Below are positions 19,956 through 28,560 of a stretch of DNA of 64,000 nt, piece by piece. A model generated the notes under the pieces. It saw only the letters and a list, made by a program, of their open reading frames with translations, was not told the origin of the DNA and did not search any database. This DNA is from a virus (taxonomy: Duplodnaviria; Heunggongvirae; Uroviricota; Caudoviricetes). The first letter of the stretch is position 1; each line of letters begins with the position of its first letter. The stretch lies in IMG/VR virus record IMGVR_UViG_3300045988_149282, positions 32,001-96,000 of that record; one strand, written 5' to 3'. Made by a program: the position numbers and the translations under genes.

Positions 19956-21274
19956 AAAAGTTGATCGCACTTAAGCATAAGCTGGACGAAATGAAAGCTA
20001 TGGGAACCAATGCAAAAAAAGAGGCATTGGCCAACATGGATGACTTTGAACAAAGCATGGTTTCATTGATGCTCAACCCTTTCATCCGTTTTGGGGTAAA
20101 GAAATACAAAGTGGCAAAGCCGCTTAGTGAGTCCGTCCCAAGTGACGAAAAAGCCATTGATGTACTGAATAAGCTGGCCTCTCGCGAGCTGACGGGGAAC
20201 GCAGCAATAGCAGCTGTTGAGTCTATCGTGGCGTCAATGTGCGCCGATGGGCAGGACGTGTTCCGTCGTTTCCTCTTAAAAGACCCGAAAGCAGGTGTTG
20301 GGATTAGCCTATGCAACAAGGTTTTTGAAAATCCCATTCCGAAATTCGAGGTGCAGCTGGCGTCACCGTATAAAGAAAAAGGCGACAAATACCCCTTCAA
20401 GCCAAATCCTAAAGCAAAATGGCCGATGATTGGCAGTCTTAAGCTCGATGGTTTGCTAGTAATTTGCGAGGTTATTGTTGACGAGGAAGAGGTTAACTTC
20501 CTTTCTCGTACTGGTAATCCAATCACGTCTCTCGATCACCTAAAGCCAGCAATGCTCGAATTAGGCAAACTTTCAGGCCACAAACACATCTTCTTCGATG
20601 GTGAAGGAACAGCCGGTTCATTTAACCAGTCCGTATCTGCATTGCGCAAAAAGAACGTGCAGGCAATTGGCGCTATTTATCATGTTTTCGACTTCTTCCT
20701 ACCGGAATGGCGAGCACAGGCTAAATCCAAAGAGTATGCAAAGACAGGTATGAAGCTGAAAGAGCGCCTGGCTATTCTCGTGGCGTTGTTCAAAAACGAT
20801 CGCAGTGAAGGCTACACACAAGACATTCACCTGCATCCGTTCTATATCATCCATAGCCACGAAGACCTCATCGAACGCTTCATGAAACGCCTGGACGATA
20901 ACGAAGAAGGGGAGATGGGTAAAGATCCGAACTCTGTTTACGAGTTTAAACGCACCCGCAGCTGGTGGAAGTTAAAAGACGAAGATTCAGAAGATGGTGA
21001 AATTATCGATTTTGAGCCGGGCGATCCGGACTCTGGTTTTGCCAACACGCTTGGAAAAATTGTTATTCGTCTTGAAAACGGCGTCATCGTGCGTGCGAGC
21101 GGCATTAAGCATAAATATCTGGACGAGATCTGGAACAACAAAGAGAAGTACCGTGGTCGTATTGTTGAGGTTCATTGTCACGAGAAAACACCGGATGGCA
21201 GCTTACGCCACCCACGACTGAAATGGCCGCGTTGCTTACGCGATACAGAAGATCGAATCGGAGATAAAGAATGA
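19952..21274 (+). CDS. ATP-dependent DNA ligase
   Basis: Adenylation motif I KLDGL (K-x-D-G); start overlaps upstream stop. Confidence 0.75.
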   Translation: MKKLIALKHKLDEMKAMGTNAKKEALANMDDFEQSMVSLMLNPFIRFGVKKYKVAKPLSESVPSDEKAIDVLNKLASRELTGNAAIAAVESIVASMCADGQDVFRRFLLKDPKAGVGISLCNKVFENPIPKFEVQLASPYKEKGDKYPFKPNPKAKWPMIGSLKLDGLLVICEVIVDEEEVNFLSRTGNPITSLDHLKPAMLELGKLSGHKHIFFDGEGTAGSFNQSVSALRKKNVQAIGAIYHVFDFFLPEWRAQAKSKEYAKTGMKLKERLAILVALFKNDRSEGYTQDIHLHPFYIIHSHEDLIERFMKRLDDNEEGEMGKDPNSVYEFKRTRSWWKLKDEDSEDGEIIDFEPGDPDSGFANTLGKIVIRLENGVIVRASGIKHKYLDEIWNNKEKYRGRIVEVHCHEKTPDGSLRHPRLKWPRCLRDTEDRIGDKE

Positions 21275-21450
21275 TGCTCGGCTGGATGATTGCATTTTTA
21301 GCAGTTGGTTTTTTCATCGGTATTGTGGTGATGTCCAGTTGCATTAATGACTACATTAAAAACGGTGTTATAGAAAGACGCGGTCGTATTTATCGCATTG
21401 TAGAAATAACCAACACCCTGAAGGAGATTAAGGATGATCGTATTAAGTAA
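21271..21450 (+). CDS. Small membrane protein (59 aa)
   Basis: ATGATG overlapping ligase stop; one hydrophobic helix; below the ORF-track length cutoff, so manually read. Confidence 0.35.
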   Translation: MMLGWMIAFLAVGFFIGIVVMSSCINDYIKNGVIERRGRIYRIVEITNTLKEIKDDRIK

Positions 21451-21649
21451 ACGGGAGAAGGAAACGCTTCATGAAATCAGTAAGTGGCCGGAGTTCCCTG
21501 AGTACTGGAAGCCTAAAACGCGAGCTAAGTTAGAGCGTTTAGGGTTGGTTGCAAACGTTTCTGAAACGAAGTGTTCGGCCAACTACCAGTTAACTGATAA
21601 AGGGAAAGTATTGCTACAGCAATTAGTAGAATCAGGAGTGTTAAAATGA
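21434..21649 (+). CDS. Hypothetical small protein (71 aa)
   Basis: Strong AAGGAG ribosome-binding site 7 nt upstream of ATG. Confidence 0.55.
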   Translation: MIVLSKREKETLHEISKWPEFPEYWKPKTRAKLERLGLVANVSETKCSANYQLTDKGKVLLQQLVESGVLK

Positions 21650-21798
21650 TTCCATACATCTCATTAGCTTTTATGGGTGGCTTCCTTATCGGCTTCGGCA
21701 TCTGTCGTGATTTAATTAAGCAGGAACTTAAAACCAAAACACTGTGCATCGGAAAGCGTGTGTATCGGGTAGTTCATGAAACAAAGGTTAAAAAATGA
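21646..21798 (+). CDS. Small membrane protein (50 aa)
   Basis: CAGGAG ribosome-binding site; start and stop overlap neighbours; hydrophobic helix; manually read. Confidence 0.35.
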   Translation: MIPYISLAFMGGFLIGFGICRDLIKQELKTKTLCIGKRVYRVVHETKVKK

Positions 21799-22085
21799 GC
21801 AATTTAACTTCTTGGGACTGGTGGTTGGCCACCTATTTCTTAGCGGCCGGAGTCGCATTCGCCTTTTACGTAGGTCAGTTAGTCGTAAAACTGTTGCTGA
21901 TTAAATTTGCTAGTCATAAACGTATCGATGATGGTCTGTGGCGTCTTGGCACCCTGGTGGAAACTCGCTACGGGCAACTTAAGGAGAACGAAACCATTAC
22001 TATCCAGGCGAAACGATTCACTGCCACCATCACAAGAACACCTAGTCGTAGAGTGGCCTTGATCAAAAAAGTCACAACCGAATAA
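21795..22085 (+). CDS. Small membrane protein (96 aa)
   Basis: N-terminal transmembrane segment WWLATYFLAAGVAFAFYVGQLVV. Confidence 0.5.
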   Translation: MSNLTSWDWWLATYFLAAGVAFAFYVGQLVVKLLLIKFASHKRIDDGLWRLGTLVETRYGQLKENETITIQAKRFTATITRTPSRRVALIKKVTTE

Positions 22086-22863
22086 AAACATCATGATAAG
22101 TATTTACTTACTTATCTTTTATGTATAAGATGACTTTGTTTTCGTTGAGACGCGACTGTTTGAACTTAAATACAAGTGCAAACGAAGAAGTCTATCTGGC
22201 AGTAGCCTAATAAGCCAAACACCAGCGAGGTCAGTTTCCAGCCTCGTTACCGAAATGGGACACACTGAGCGAGTGTGATTGCAGAACGCAGGAGGGAACA
22301 TTCATGTTCCCTCCGATGAAGTAACAGAATGGGCGGTTGGTATATTTTCAACTCCATATGACTCCCGGATTCTTAGCCTCTGACCGCCCATCCTGTTACG
22401 TCATTTTGTTCAATTATGTCGTTTATACTGGGTTAAAAAGCGGCGACGTAGCCCGGCTGGTATGGTTAGCCAGCACACAACGTTGAGGCCATTACATTTT
22501 TATCAATTCTAAGGTTCTATTCACAGAGATACCGGCGAGCGTTGATATGTAACATGTTGGGCAAACATTCAATCGGAGTAGTGGCCTCAACGTTGTGAAG
22601 ACAGGATTGTTGTGTAGGTTTAACCACTGTTGCCATTGGTGCCTGTTTTCACAACAAATGATTCCATACATCACATTGTATAAATTACAAAGTAGGTGCT
22701 GTCCTCAGAAACATCATCTACTTAAAGATTTTGCCTTCTACTATTGAGCGAAGTCGAAAGCGTCTGGCACTAACGAAAAGTGCAAGTAGCGGTGCGTTTC
22801 CTGGCAGAAACTAAACCGTCGCGATTGGCACTGTTGAGTAATAAATACTGGCAGTGCTGAATT

Positions 22864-22938
22864 GATGGTGTAGCTCAGCGGTAGAGCAGTTGGCTGTTAA
22901 CCAACTGGTCGGTGGTTCGAATCCACCCACCATCGCCA
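22864..22938 (+). tRNA. tRNA-Asn (anticodon GTT)
   Basis: Manual cloverleaf: acceptor GATGGTG/CACCATC, D-arm GCTC-AGCGGTA-GAGC, anticodon loop CTGTTAA, T-arm GGTGG-TTCGAAT-CCACC, encoded CCA. Confidence 0.85.
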
Positions 22939-22943
22939 ATTTA

Positions 22944-23030
22944 GGGGAGTTAGTCCGTAGAGGTAGCGGTGTAGACTGTAAATCTACTGTCATGGCGACT
23001 CGGGTGGTTCGACTCCATCACTCCCCACCA
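22944..23030 (+). tRNA. tRNA-Tyr (anticodon GTA), long variable arm
   Basis: Acceptor GGGGAGT/ACTCCCC, anticodon stem-loop GTAGA-CTGTAAA-TCTAC, long variable arm, T-loop TTCGACT, encoded CCA. Confidence 0.8.
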
Positions 23031-23034
23031 AATT

Positions 23035-23110
23035 GCCGGTTTAGCTCAGTTGGTAGAGCGCCTGCCTTGTAAGCAGGATGTCAGCGGTTCGAGTCCGTTA
23101 ACCGGCACCA
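23035..23110 (+). tRNA. tRNA-Thr (anticodon TGT)
   Basis: Acceptor GCCGGTT/AACCGGC, D-arm GCTC-AGTTGGTA-GAGC, anticodon loop CTTGTAA, T-loop TTCGAGT, encoded CCA. Confidence 0.8.
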
Positions 23111-23404
23111 ACATAATATTGAGAACATTGGCGTAACGGGTTCATATCCCAATTTATGAATATAATGTTGCGTTGCAGCGTGACAACCAGTGTTCTCAAC
23201 ATTGTGGTGAATGCACAGGCTGATGTGCGACGTAGAAGCAAGCGGATGAACTGCCTGAAGGCCGCTAACGTAGGCAATGCCGGAGATCAGCACCGGCCAT
23301 CACAATTTGGCTCTCTTGCAACAGCATAACGCTGAAATACGTCCAACCTGGTGCGGTCTGATCACCCGCCGTTAGCTCCACGAAACGGAGCACACAACAC
23401 AATT

Positions 23405-23491
23405 GGAGAGTAGGGAGCATGGTGCTCAAGCGGTCTTGAAAACCGTCCCATTGTGCAAACGATGATGGTTCGATTCCATTACTCTCCGCCA
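23405..23491 (+). tRNA. tRNA-Ser (anticodon TGA), long variable arm
   Basis: Acceptor GGAGAGT/ACTCTCC, anticodon stem-loop GCGGT-CTTGAAA-ACCGT, long variable arm, T-arm GATGG-TTCGATT-CCATT, encoded CCA. Confidence 0.7.
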
Positions 23492-23494
23492 GAC

Positions 23495-23570
23495 ACAGCG
23501 TTGAGCGGTTTGGCCTTTTAATCAACCAGATTAAGACTCCGCTAACATAAACCAGACCGCTCAACGCTGT
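23495..23570 (+). other. Long hairpin (19-bp stem, about 38-nt loop) immediately after tRNA-Ser
   Basis: ACAGCGTTGAGCGGTTTGG pairs with CCAGACCGCTCAACGCTGT with one wobble position. Confidence 0.5.
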
Positions 23571-23645
23571 GATAGACAATTACGGCAGACGTTCTTAACC
23601 ATAGCTTGCTAACATCCTAGCAACACTTTTTTCAGCGCAAAATTC

Positions 23646-23668
23646 AAAGGGGCTTCGGCCCCTTTTTT
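23646..23668 (+). terminator. Rho-independent terminator
   Basis: AAAGGGGC-ttcg-GCCCCTTT followed by a T-run; its 5' half is duplicated at about 24553-24581. Confidence 0.8.
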
Positions 23669-23784
23669 GATTTGTTGACACTTAGTTATATTCACGTATC
23701 GTTTTATCGCTTTGATCCGAGGCAGCGTTAGACTGCCTTCATGTTCCTGATTAGATCGCAGCAGTTAAACATGGAGACAAATTA

Positions 23785-24339
23785 ATGAAGAAGTGCCATC
23801 TCAATATTTTCGCATCTCTAATAATTGCGTTAACACTAACAGGGTGTAACGAATCTGAAATAGATGAATTAACGTTAATAGGCAAAGATAAAAGTGAACT
23901 TGAACAAAATTATAAAGCCCAATTCAAGAAGCTAACACAAAATGTTGAAGTGTTTATTCTTCAAGATAAAAATAGTCCGACTGAAAAAGAACCGCATACG
24001 AATGGCAACCTGATCGACGGAAAAGTCGAAATGTCATTAACCAGTAATGTTGGTAAGTATACATTCATCCAGATAAGTGAAATGCTGACAAAGGAGTACG
24101 GAAAACCCGTTGCTACAAAAGATCGTGTTTTTAACAGAGAAGCAGTATCTGGCATGGACTGTATTGAAACTAAAACTTGTGGAGCTGGTAAATATTATGA
24201 AATCTTTCGAGGGAAGGATAGATTGATTATGGTGTCAAACGGTGCCGGTCTTTTACACGAAAAGGAAGGTGTAACACTACTCACCATCACCGATAAACAA
24301 TTTAAATTTTCTCGTTTAGAAGAAGATAAAATAAAATAA
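23785..24339 (+). CDS. Lipoprotein (184 aa) in AT-rich islet; candidate superinfection-exclusion/lysogenic-conversion factor
   Basis: Signal peptide with lipobox LTGC; GGAG ribosome-binding site; coding DNA looks AT-rich by eye; flanked by about 29-bp direct repeats. Confidence 0.6.
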   Translation: MKKCHLNIFASLIIALTLTGCNESEIDELTLIGKDKSELEQNYKAQFKKLTQNVEVFILQDKNSPTEKEPHTNGNLIDGKVEMSLTSNVGKYTFIQISEMLTKEYGKPVATKDRVFNREAVSGMDCIETKTCGAGKYYEIFRGKDRLIMVSNGAGLLHEKEGVTLLTITDKQFKFSRLEEDKIK

Positions 24340-24344
24340 TGACA

Positions 24345-24372
24345 GGGGCGTATACGCCCCTATCTAAAATTT
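24345..24372 (+). terminator. Hairpin after lipoprotein gene
   Basis: GGGGCG-tata-CGCCCC followed by an A/T-rich tract. Confidence 0.45.
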
Positions 24373-24590
24373 GACATTAAACATATATTGCATCTGGTAT
24401 CAGCAATTTTTGTGCGCTATGTAAGTCCTTACCTGCAATCAGTCTCATAAATATCGGATTTTACGTAGCGTACCATCGTTACAGCAAGCATCAAATTATT
24501 CACTGACATTTATGCGCTGAAAACAGCGTTACTTACCGTAAAATAACAATTTTCAGCGCAAAATTTAAAGAGGCTTCGAATCTGCACAAC

Positions 24591-25886
24591 CTATTGTGCG
24601 TACTCGCCCAATTTTAATGTTTCACGCTTATATTCATCAACTATCTCACATGATTTAATATAGATATGGCACAATAGGTTATCACTATCATCATTATCGT
24701 TTATTGCCATAAGTGCCAACTTTTTCTCATATTCATCGATCGCATCACTCAACTGATCACCTGTAATTACATCTGACTCACTCGAGAAATATAACTGCCC
24801 AAGATTTACCGCATTTTTTCCAGTTTTTCTTTGCTCTATGTAATTTTTAATCATATCCTTCACATCCTTTTCACTACTCAGTATTTCACTTTCGAAATGG
24901 ACATGCTCTGAAATCGACGCGACTCTGCAACCGATCAAACGATGAATATAGTCATCAATAGACGTAACACTATCATTAGCTTTTTTTAGTGCTTCATCAA
25001 AAATGCTCTTTACCTCATTTGGCAAATTTTTAAAATAATCATCAATTAAACCAGATAATGGTGTTTGGTAGTTCATTAATACCGATGAAGCAACTTGCGG
25101 ACGACGAGCCACCCAGATTTCTTTGACTTCAACTTGAGAATAATATTCCTTAATCACGTTCCAAAAGTATTTTAACATCTTGGTTTTAAATATTTTATCA
25201 AATCTATCCTTTATAAATAGCTCTACTTCAGGCATGCTTGAATAAGCATCATCAAAGAATATTTCATCTTTGAAAAAATCATATTTATTTAATAAAGCAT
25301 ACAGTTTTTTTGAATCCAGCGGTTCACGAGAATCGATGTCCAATCCAAAAACTGCAATAACCAACTTCATTTGCGGTGGTATTTTTCCACTCAATTGAAT
25401 AATATATTCCATTTTTTCATCAAAACAATTTCCATCTATGTAAAATCGGTTATCTACATAGACTAATATATTGGTAATATGTTTTATGTACTGAATAACC
25501 TCATGCTTTCTTACCAATGGATAAAAAAACGAATGCATTTCATTTTTATTAAATTGTTTTTTTGTCTGTTCAATGATTGGTATGACATTATTGTACAACT
25601 CATCATGCTGATTTAATAAAGTGTCAAACCATTCTTTGAAAGAATTTTTTCTCATCTCAATCAATGAATCGGTAGTTATCCTAACGGCCTCCAGTGCTGC
25701 CTTTGCACTTTTTCTTGCTTCATAGGCGTTCCACGCTGTTGCACAAAAAGCCGCTGTCGTTATAAAACTACTCAATACAGCAATTTGGTCTGTAACCTTC
25801 CAATCTTGAAATGGCTCAAGTAGTAAACCTAAAAACAAAATTATTATGGAAAACATTAGAATTGCAACAGAAATAAAAACAGGCAT
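24591..25886 (-). CDS. Membrane-anchored protein (about 431 aa, two N-terminal transmembrane helices plus large cytoplasmic domain) of unknown function; candidate abortive-infection/exclusion protein
   Basis: Antisense ORF in AT-rich DNA; GAGAG ribosome-binding site supports start at M12 of the ORF-track product (25886); two hydrophobic helices within the first 60 aa; no catalytic motif recognised. Confidence 0.55.
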   Translation of the reverse strand: MPVFISVAILMFSIIILFLGLLLEPFQDWKVTDQIAVLSSFITTAAFCATAWNAYEARKSAKAALEAVRITTDSLIEMRKNSFKEWFDTLLNQHDELYNNVIPIIEQTKKQFNKNEMHSFFYPLVRKHEVIQYIKHITNILVYVDNRFYIDGNCFDEKMEYIIQLSGKIPPQMKLVIAVFGLDIDSREPLDSKKLYALLNKYDFFKDEIFFDDAYSSMPEVELFIKDRFDKIFKTKMLKYFWNVIKEYYSQVEVKEIWVARRPQVASSVLMNYQTPLSGLIDDYFKNLPNEVKSIFDEALKKANDSVTSIDDYIHRLIGCRVASISEHVHFESEILSSEKDVKDMIKNYIEQRKTGKNAVNLGQLYFSSESDVITGDQLSDAIDEYEKKLALMAINDNDDSDNLLCHIYIKSCEIVDEYKRETLKLGEYAQ

Positions 25887-25981
25887 GTATGCTCTCGTAC
25901 TTACCATTGTTAGTTGCATTAAATATTAACTAAATTAAGTTGTGATTAACAGGCAAGTTTACGATGTATTGCAGACATTAA

Positions 25982-26002
25982 ATAGGTTTTTACTTACCTA
26001 TC
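25982..26002. promoter_or_regulatory. ATAGGT-N-TACTTACCTAT palindromic motif (class-2 dispersed family)
   Basis: Upstream region shared by the divergent 431-aa gene and the glutaredoxin gene. Confidence 0.4.
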
Positions 26003-26058
26003 TTTTATAGTAATATTTATTTTCTGGTTAAGTAACACATAATTATTATGAGGTAAAC

Positions 26059-26304
26059 ATGACTATCGTTATCTACGGACGAGATAACTGCTCATATTGC
26101 AAACGTGCGGTCGAGCTGGCGAAACAACTAAAGGGACACGGCTATGGTGATTATGAGTACATCGACATCACCACTGCCGGTATCGATAAGGAAAAACTTA
26201 GCGAAATTGTTGGCAAACCGGTAGAGACTATCCCCCAGGTACTGATCGATGGCCAACCGATTGGCGGATACACAGAACTGGCTGCATACGTCACCACTCT
26301 CTAA
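26059..26304 (+). CDS. Glutaredoxin/NrdH-like redoxin
   Basis: CSYC active-site motif near N-terminus; 81 aa thioredoxin-fold length. Confidence 0.75.
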   Translation: MTIVIYGRDNCSYCKRAVELAKQLKGHGYGDYEYIDITTAGIDKEKLSEIVGKPVETIPQVLIDGQPIGGYTELAAYVTTL

Positions 26305-26309
26305 TTTTA

Positions 26310-26332
26310 ACGGCTCACAGGAGCCGTTTTTG
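26310..26332 (+). terminator. Rho-independent terminator
   Basis: ACGGCTC-acag-GAGCCGT followed by TTTTT. Confidence 0.8.
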
Positions 26333-26514
26333 TTCCCACCAAACTCACGCTTGGTTCCCTTAAAATTCAAAAAACAACGGCTAAATGATTCCATACCTAC
26401 TATGTATGGAATCATTACTGAAAATGAGTTACTTTTACTCTTGATCCTATAAGAATCTATGCCTAATATACTGTTTACTTATACAGTGAATCGGCGTAAC
26501 TCGGTGATTGTCAT

Positions 26515-27618
26515 ATGAAAAATAGCTTTGACAGAGCACGCGCTGCGGAGAACACCTCAAAAGAGGCGATTGAGTATCTCGAAAGAGCATCTCAAATGCA
26601 GGCCGTTATGATCTCGCAGGTCAGCAATGACATGAGATTCTCGGACGCATTCATGTTATTCACTCGCTTATCTCTGCTGATAACAAGACGTCGGCCAGAG
26701 ATCGCTGTTCATTGTATTTTGATACATGTTTTGCCGCACATTGCCGATGTAAAAGTAAGTGACATTAATAGGTTCATGGTGAACCAACTGGTCAACCCAC
26801 TAATACTGGATGGCAAAATTGTTATGGGCCGCCGCGTTTTCTCTCTGATGAAGCAGTTCCTTAGCTGGTGCGCCTTCCAGGGGATGATAGACGTGTCACC
26901 GTTAAACGATATGTCACTAAACAAAGTTGCCGGTGGCGCAAAGCCTACACCTCGCGAGCGGAAGCTGACCGACGCAGAGGTATGGGTGTTCTGGAATATA
27001 TGGGACTACTTCAATGTGTGCGCTGGTACAAAATGGGCGGCCAGGCTGTGTCTTGTATCCGCAAGACGACCTGACGAAGTACTGCGGGCTAAAAAAAGTG
27101 AGTTCAATCTTAAGCGTGGGGTTTGGAATCAAGGCAAGAGGAACAAATCTGCCCGTGAGCATTCTCTGCCTTTAAGCTCATTAATGCGCACTTGTATTGA
27201 AGAGTTGTTCGAATATGGTAAAGACAGCCAGTGGCTCGTGCCTTCGAATAAAAAAATCGGGAAAGACCTTCCTATGTCTAAAGTGGCAATAGCCCAGGCA
27301 TTACGTCGTATTCTGGAACGACCAGAACTGATGGAGCTTGAGCCATTTACACCCCGAGATTTGCGCCGTACTGCGCGTAGTTACTTCCCAGCATTAGGCA
27401 TAAGCCAGGAGGTATCACGTAAAATCATGAACCACAGTCTTGAGGGGATAGATCGGGTCTACGACCGGCACGATTATATGGACGAGATGCGAGACGCCTT
27501 AGAAAGTTTCTCGACGTACATCGCATCAATCGTAGAGCAACCGGATTTAGACGAAATTGACCACAAATTTAAGGGAGATCGTCTATCAACAGAGCTTATT
27601 CGTGTAAATTTTTCATAG
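26515..27618 (+). CDS. Tyrosine site-specific recombinase (integrase/resolvase family)
   Basis: C-terminal catalytic signatures in order: ARRPDEVL (Arg), HSLP, RDLRRT, HSLEGIDRVYDRHDY (His and Tyr nucleophile). Start uncertain; weak ribosome-binding site at 26515. Confidence 0.75.
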   Translation: MKNSFDRARAAENTSKEAIEYLERASQMQAVMISQVSNDMRFSDAFMLFTRLSLLITRRRPEIAVHCILIHVLPHIADVKVSDINRFMVNQLVNPLILDGKIVMGRRVFSLMKQFLSWCAFQGMIDVSPLNDMSLNKVAGGAKPTPRERKLTDAEVWVFWNIWDYFNVCAGTKWAARLCLVSARRPDEVLRAKKSEFNLKRGVWNQGKRNKSAREHSLPLSSLMRTCIEELFEYGKDSQWLVPSNKKIGKDLPMSKVAIAQALRRILERPELMELEPFTPRDLRRTARSYFPALGISQEVSRKIMNHSLEGIDRVYDRHDYMDEMRDALESFSTYIASIVEQPDLDEIDHKFKGDRLSTELIRVNFS

Positions 27619-27999
27619 AGACTTTATGGCCTCAACAACCTTTTGTGATGCGCCTTTCTCTTTACCGAATCGCTCGTTATATGCAGCAAGAACCTGTTTT
27701 TCGTCCTCGTTAAGAGGAGCAGTGCCTTCTTTGTATAAAAATGCTGCGAGTTCGGGTTGGCGTTCTTCCAGCACCATCATCATAAGACGACTTGGCTCAA
27801 TGCCCAGTGCCAGCGCCAGCGGACGAACCTTATCGATAGGCAAAGGAATTTTGCCGCTTTTAATTAAAGAAAGGTTGTTGGCGTTTTTATACCCAATTGT
27901 TTTGGCTATCTGGGCCTGGCTCATAGGTGAGGATTCAATCAACCCTGCGATAAAAGCAGCATAGCGACTTTCTATAAATTCAATCTTGTTGTCAGACAT
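27613..27999 (-). CDS. XRE-family helix-turn-helix transcriptional regulator (repressor-like)
   Basis: Helix-turn-helix segment SQAQIAKTIGY...NLSLIKSG; 128 aa; convergent with recombinase, overlapping by 6 nt. Confidence 0.7.
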   Translation of the reverse strand: MSDNKIEFIESRYAAFIAGLIESSPMSQAQIAKTIGYKNANNLSLIKSGKIPLPIDKVRPLALALGIEPSRLMMMVLEERQPELAAFLYKEGTAPLNEDEKQVLAAYNERFGKEKGASQKVVEAIKSL

Positions 28000-28030
28000 T
28001 GTTACAACCTTTGCGCGTTCAATTCTCTCT

Positions 28031-28044
28031 GGTAAGTGCTTACC
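28031..28044. promoter_or_regulatory. GGTAAGTGCTTACC palindrome upstream of the XRE regulator gene (candidate operator)
   Basis: Perfect 14-bp palindrome about 35 bp upstream of the regulator start; near-identical cores at 9965-9976 and 49932-49952. Confidence 0.45.
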
Positions 28045-28249
28045 GATATTACATCAAAGGTTAGGGTTGTAAAGCTATTATCATTTTTTCGATAGGCACT
28101 TAAAAGACCGGTTAAAGGCCATTGCACGGAGAAAAATTGGCCCAAAACAGGTAAGAAAATTAACTTGCATATGATATGAATGTATTCAGTATTGATATAA
28201 ATTTTAGTAGTATTCCTTACCATAGTATAAGTTAGAATGGATTGATTGA

Positions 28250-28462
28250 ATGAACACCACTATTTCCAGCCTAATCGCTCTTGAGATCGGACACGTACAG
28301 AAATTAGCTGATGAGTGTGTAGCTGACATCCTCACCGATCTACCGAATGAGCAGATTCAGGTTGGTGTGAATGACACAACTGGCTTTATATTCGAACTTA
28401 ACAACAAACGCTTCACGCTTCTCAATATCGGCTCCGGGTCTTTAGCCGTCAGAATCTGTTAA
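28250..28462 (+). CDS. Hypothetical small protein (70 aa), divergent from the XRE regulator
   Basis: ORF only; position resembles a cro-like partner but no helix-turn-helix recognised. Confidence 0.3.
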   Translation: MNTTISSLIALEIGHVQKLADECVADILTDLPNEQIQVGVNDTTGFIFELNNKRFTLLNIGSGSLAVRIC

Positions 28463-28560
28463 CCCCTCTTCTCCCTGCGCGAATGGCTTAGTTCCCTGTT
28501 CGCGCAGTGCTACATTAAACACACTAGTAAATAATTTGTTTTCATAACAAAGGATTAGCC

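Noticed and set aside
22811-23579. ORFs 22811-22993 (-), 22890-23072 (+), 23081-23293 (-), 23265-23579 (-) overlapping the tRNA genes
   Set aside because: They overlap well-formed tRNA cloverleaves and hairpin elements and have no ribosome-binding sites.
26515-27618. Reading the tyrosine recombinase plus adjacent tRNAs as evidence of a chromosomally integrated prophage
   Set aside because: No att-like duplication of a tRNA 3' end was seen, and the element carries its own RepA-iteron origin and partition system, so a plasmid lifestyle with the recombinase as resolvase is more parsimonious. Left open as a possibility.
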